Of a stretch of DNA of 64,000 bases, positions 63,640 through 64,000 are shown one piece after another. The DNA is from a virus, in IMG/VR virus record IMGVR_UViG_3300043485_000037, positions 12,489 through 76,488 of that record; one strand, 5' to 3'. The stretch's first letter is position 1; each line of letters begins with the position of its first letter. Position numbers and translations under genes: made by a program. The notes beneath the pieces are model-generated. The model made no database searches. It was not told where the DNA came from and worked only from the letters and a program-made list of their open reading frames with translations.

Positions 63640-64000
63640 TTAAGATTTTGTGTGCATCACGTTGAAGCACGCGAACGCGAGCCCTGCGTGCTTGGAGTCG
63701 TAGAAGTGGGTTCCGAAAAAGTTGATCACCATCGCCGCCTTGGCCATGCTTCTGGGATTGAGGGGCTGACCCTTGGCCGTGGCCGCAACCGTGATTCCCT
63801 TCCTGATTTCCAACGTGCTCTTCCCGATCAAGCAGGACCGGGCGAAACTCAATACCATGTGGCGGATTCCTTCCGGGTCTTCATCCTTCAACTCTTGGAG
63901 AATGGCTGCCACGCGGGGCCACCCGTCGTTCCCGAACATCATTTCTGAGGCCAACCTGAAGGCTCCCTCCTCGTCGACCAGCGTGATCTGGATCGCTTGG
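63640..64000 (-). CDS. clamp-loader (DnaX/RFC-like) subunit, C-terminal part (partial)
   Basis: W..V..IL..L..EDPEGIR..VL...FYDS..AGL..AC; frame open to window edge. Confidence 0.55.
   Translation of the reverse strand, partial: QAIQITLVDEEGAFRLASEMMFGNDGWPRVAAILQELKDEDPEGIRHMVLSFARSCLIGKSTLEIRKGITVAATAKGQPLNPRSMAKAAMVINFFGTHFYDSKHAGLAFACFNVMHTKS

Overview
A 64-kb segment of a GC-rich tailed dsDNA phage (siphovirus-like, lambda-type tail tip) with two convergent arms. The + strand (1-45.3 kb) carries an SbcC C-terminal half, a probable small terminase, two tandem TET-associated/GREB1-like glycosyltransferases, TerL, an HNH, ThyX and a P-loop kinase. It continues with portal, MuF, a membrane/lysis-type cassette containing a stand-alone response regulator, protease, encapsulin-like capsid, neck, tail and tail-tip genes, then a cassette of four glycosyltransferases and three methyltransferases. 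The - strand (45.4-64 kb) carries early and replication genes: UDG-like, FkbM methylase, DUF932, primase, two MazG-like proteins, SNF2 helicase, sigma-like factor, resolvase, 5'-3' exonuclease, two HNHs, RecA/UvsX, gp32-like SSB, UvsY-like, and a partial clamp loader. I found no rRNA, tRNA, CRISPR array, integrase, DNA polymerase, endolysin or TET dioxygenase in the window. The most notable signals are: (i) two apparently separate glycosylation systems, probably for DNA and for virion or cell surface; (ii) a repeated sigma-28-like promoter (GCCGTTA[A/G]) placed 7-8 nt before ATG; (iii) the receiver domain and a shared C-terminal YDLSGR motif in the envelope cassette. All family calls come from reading motifs by eye; no database search was run.
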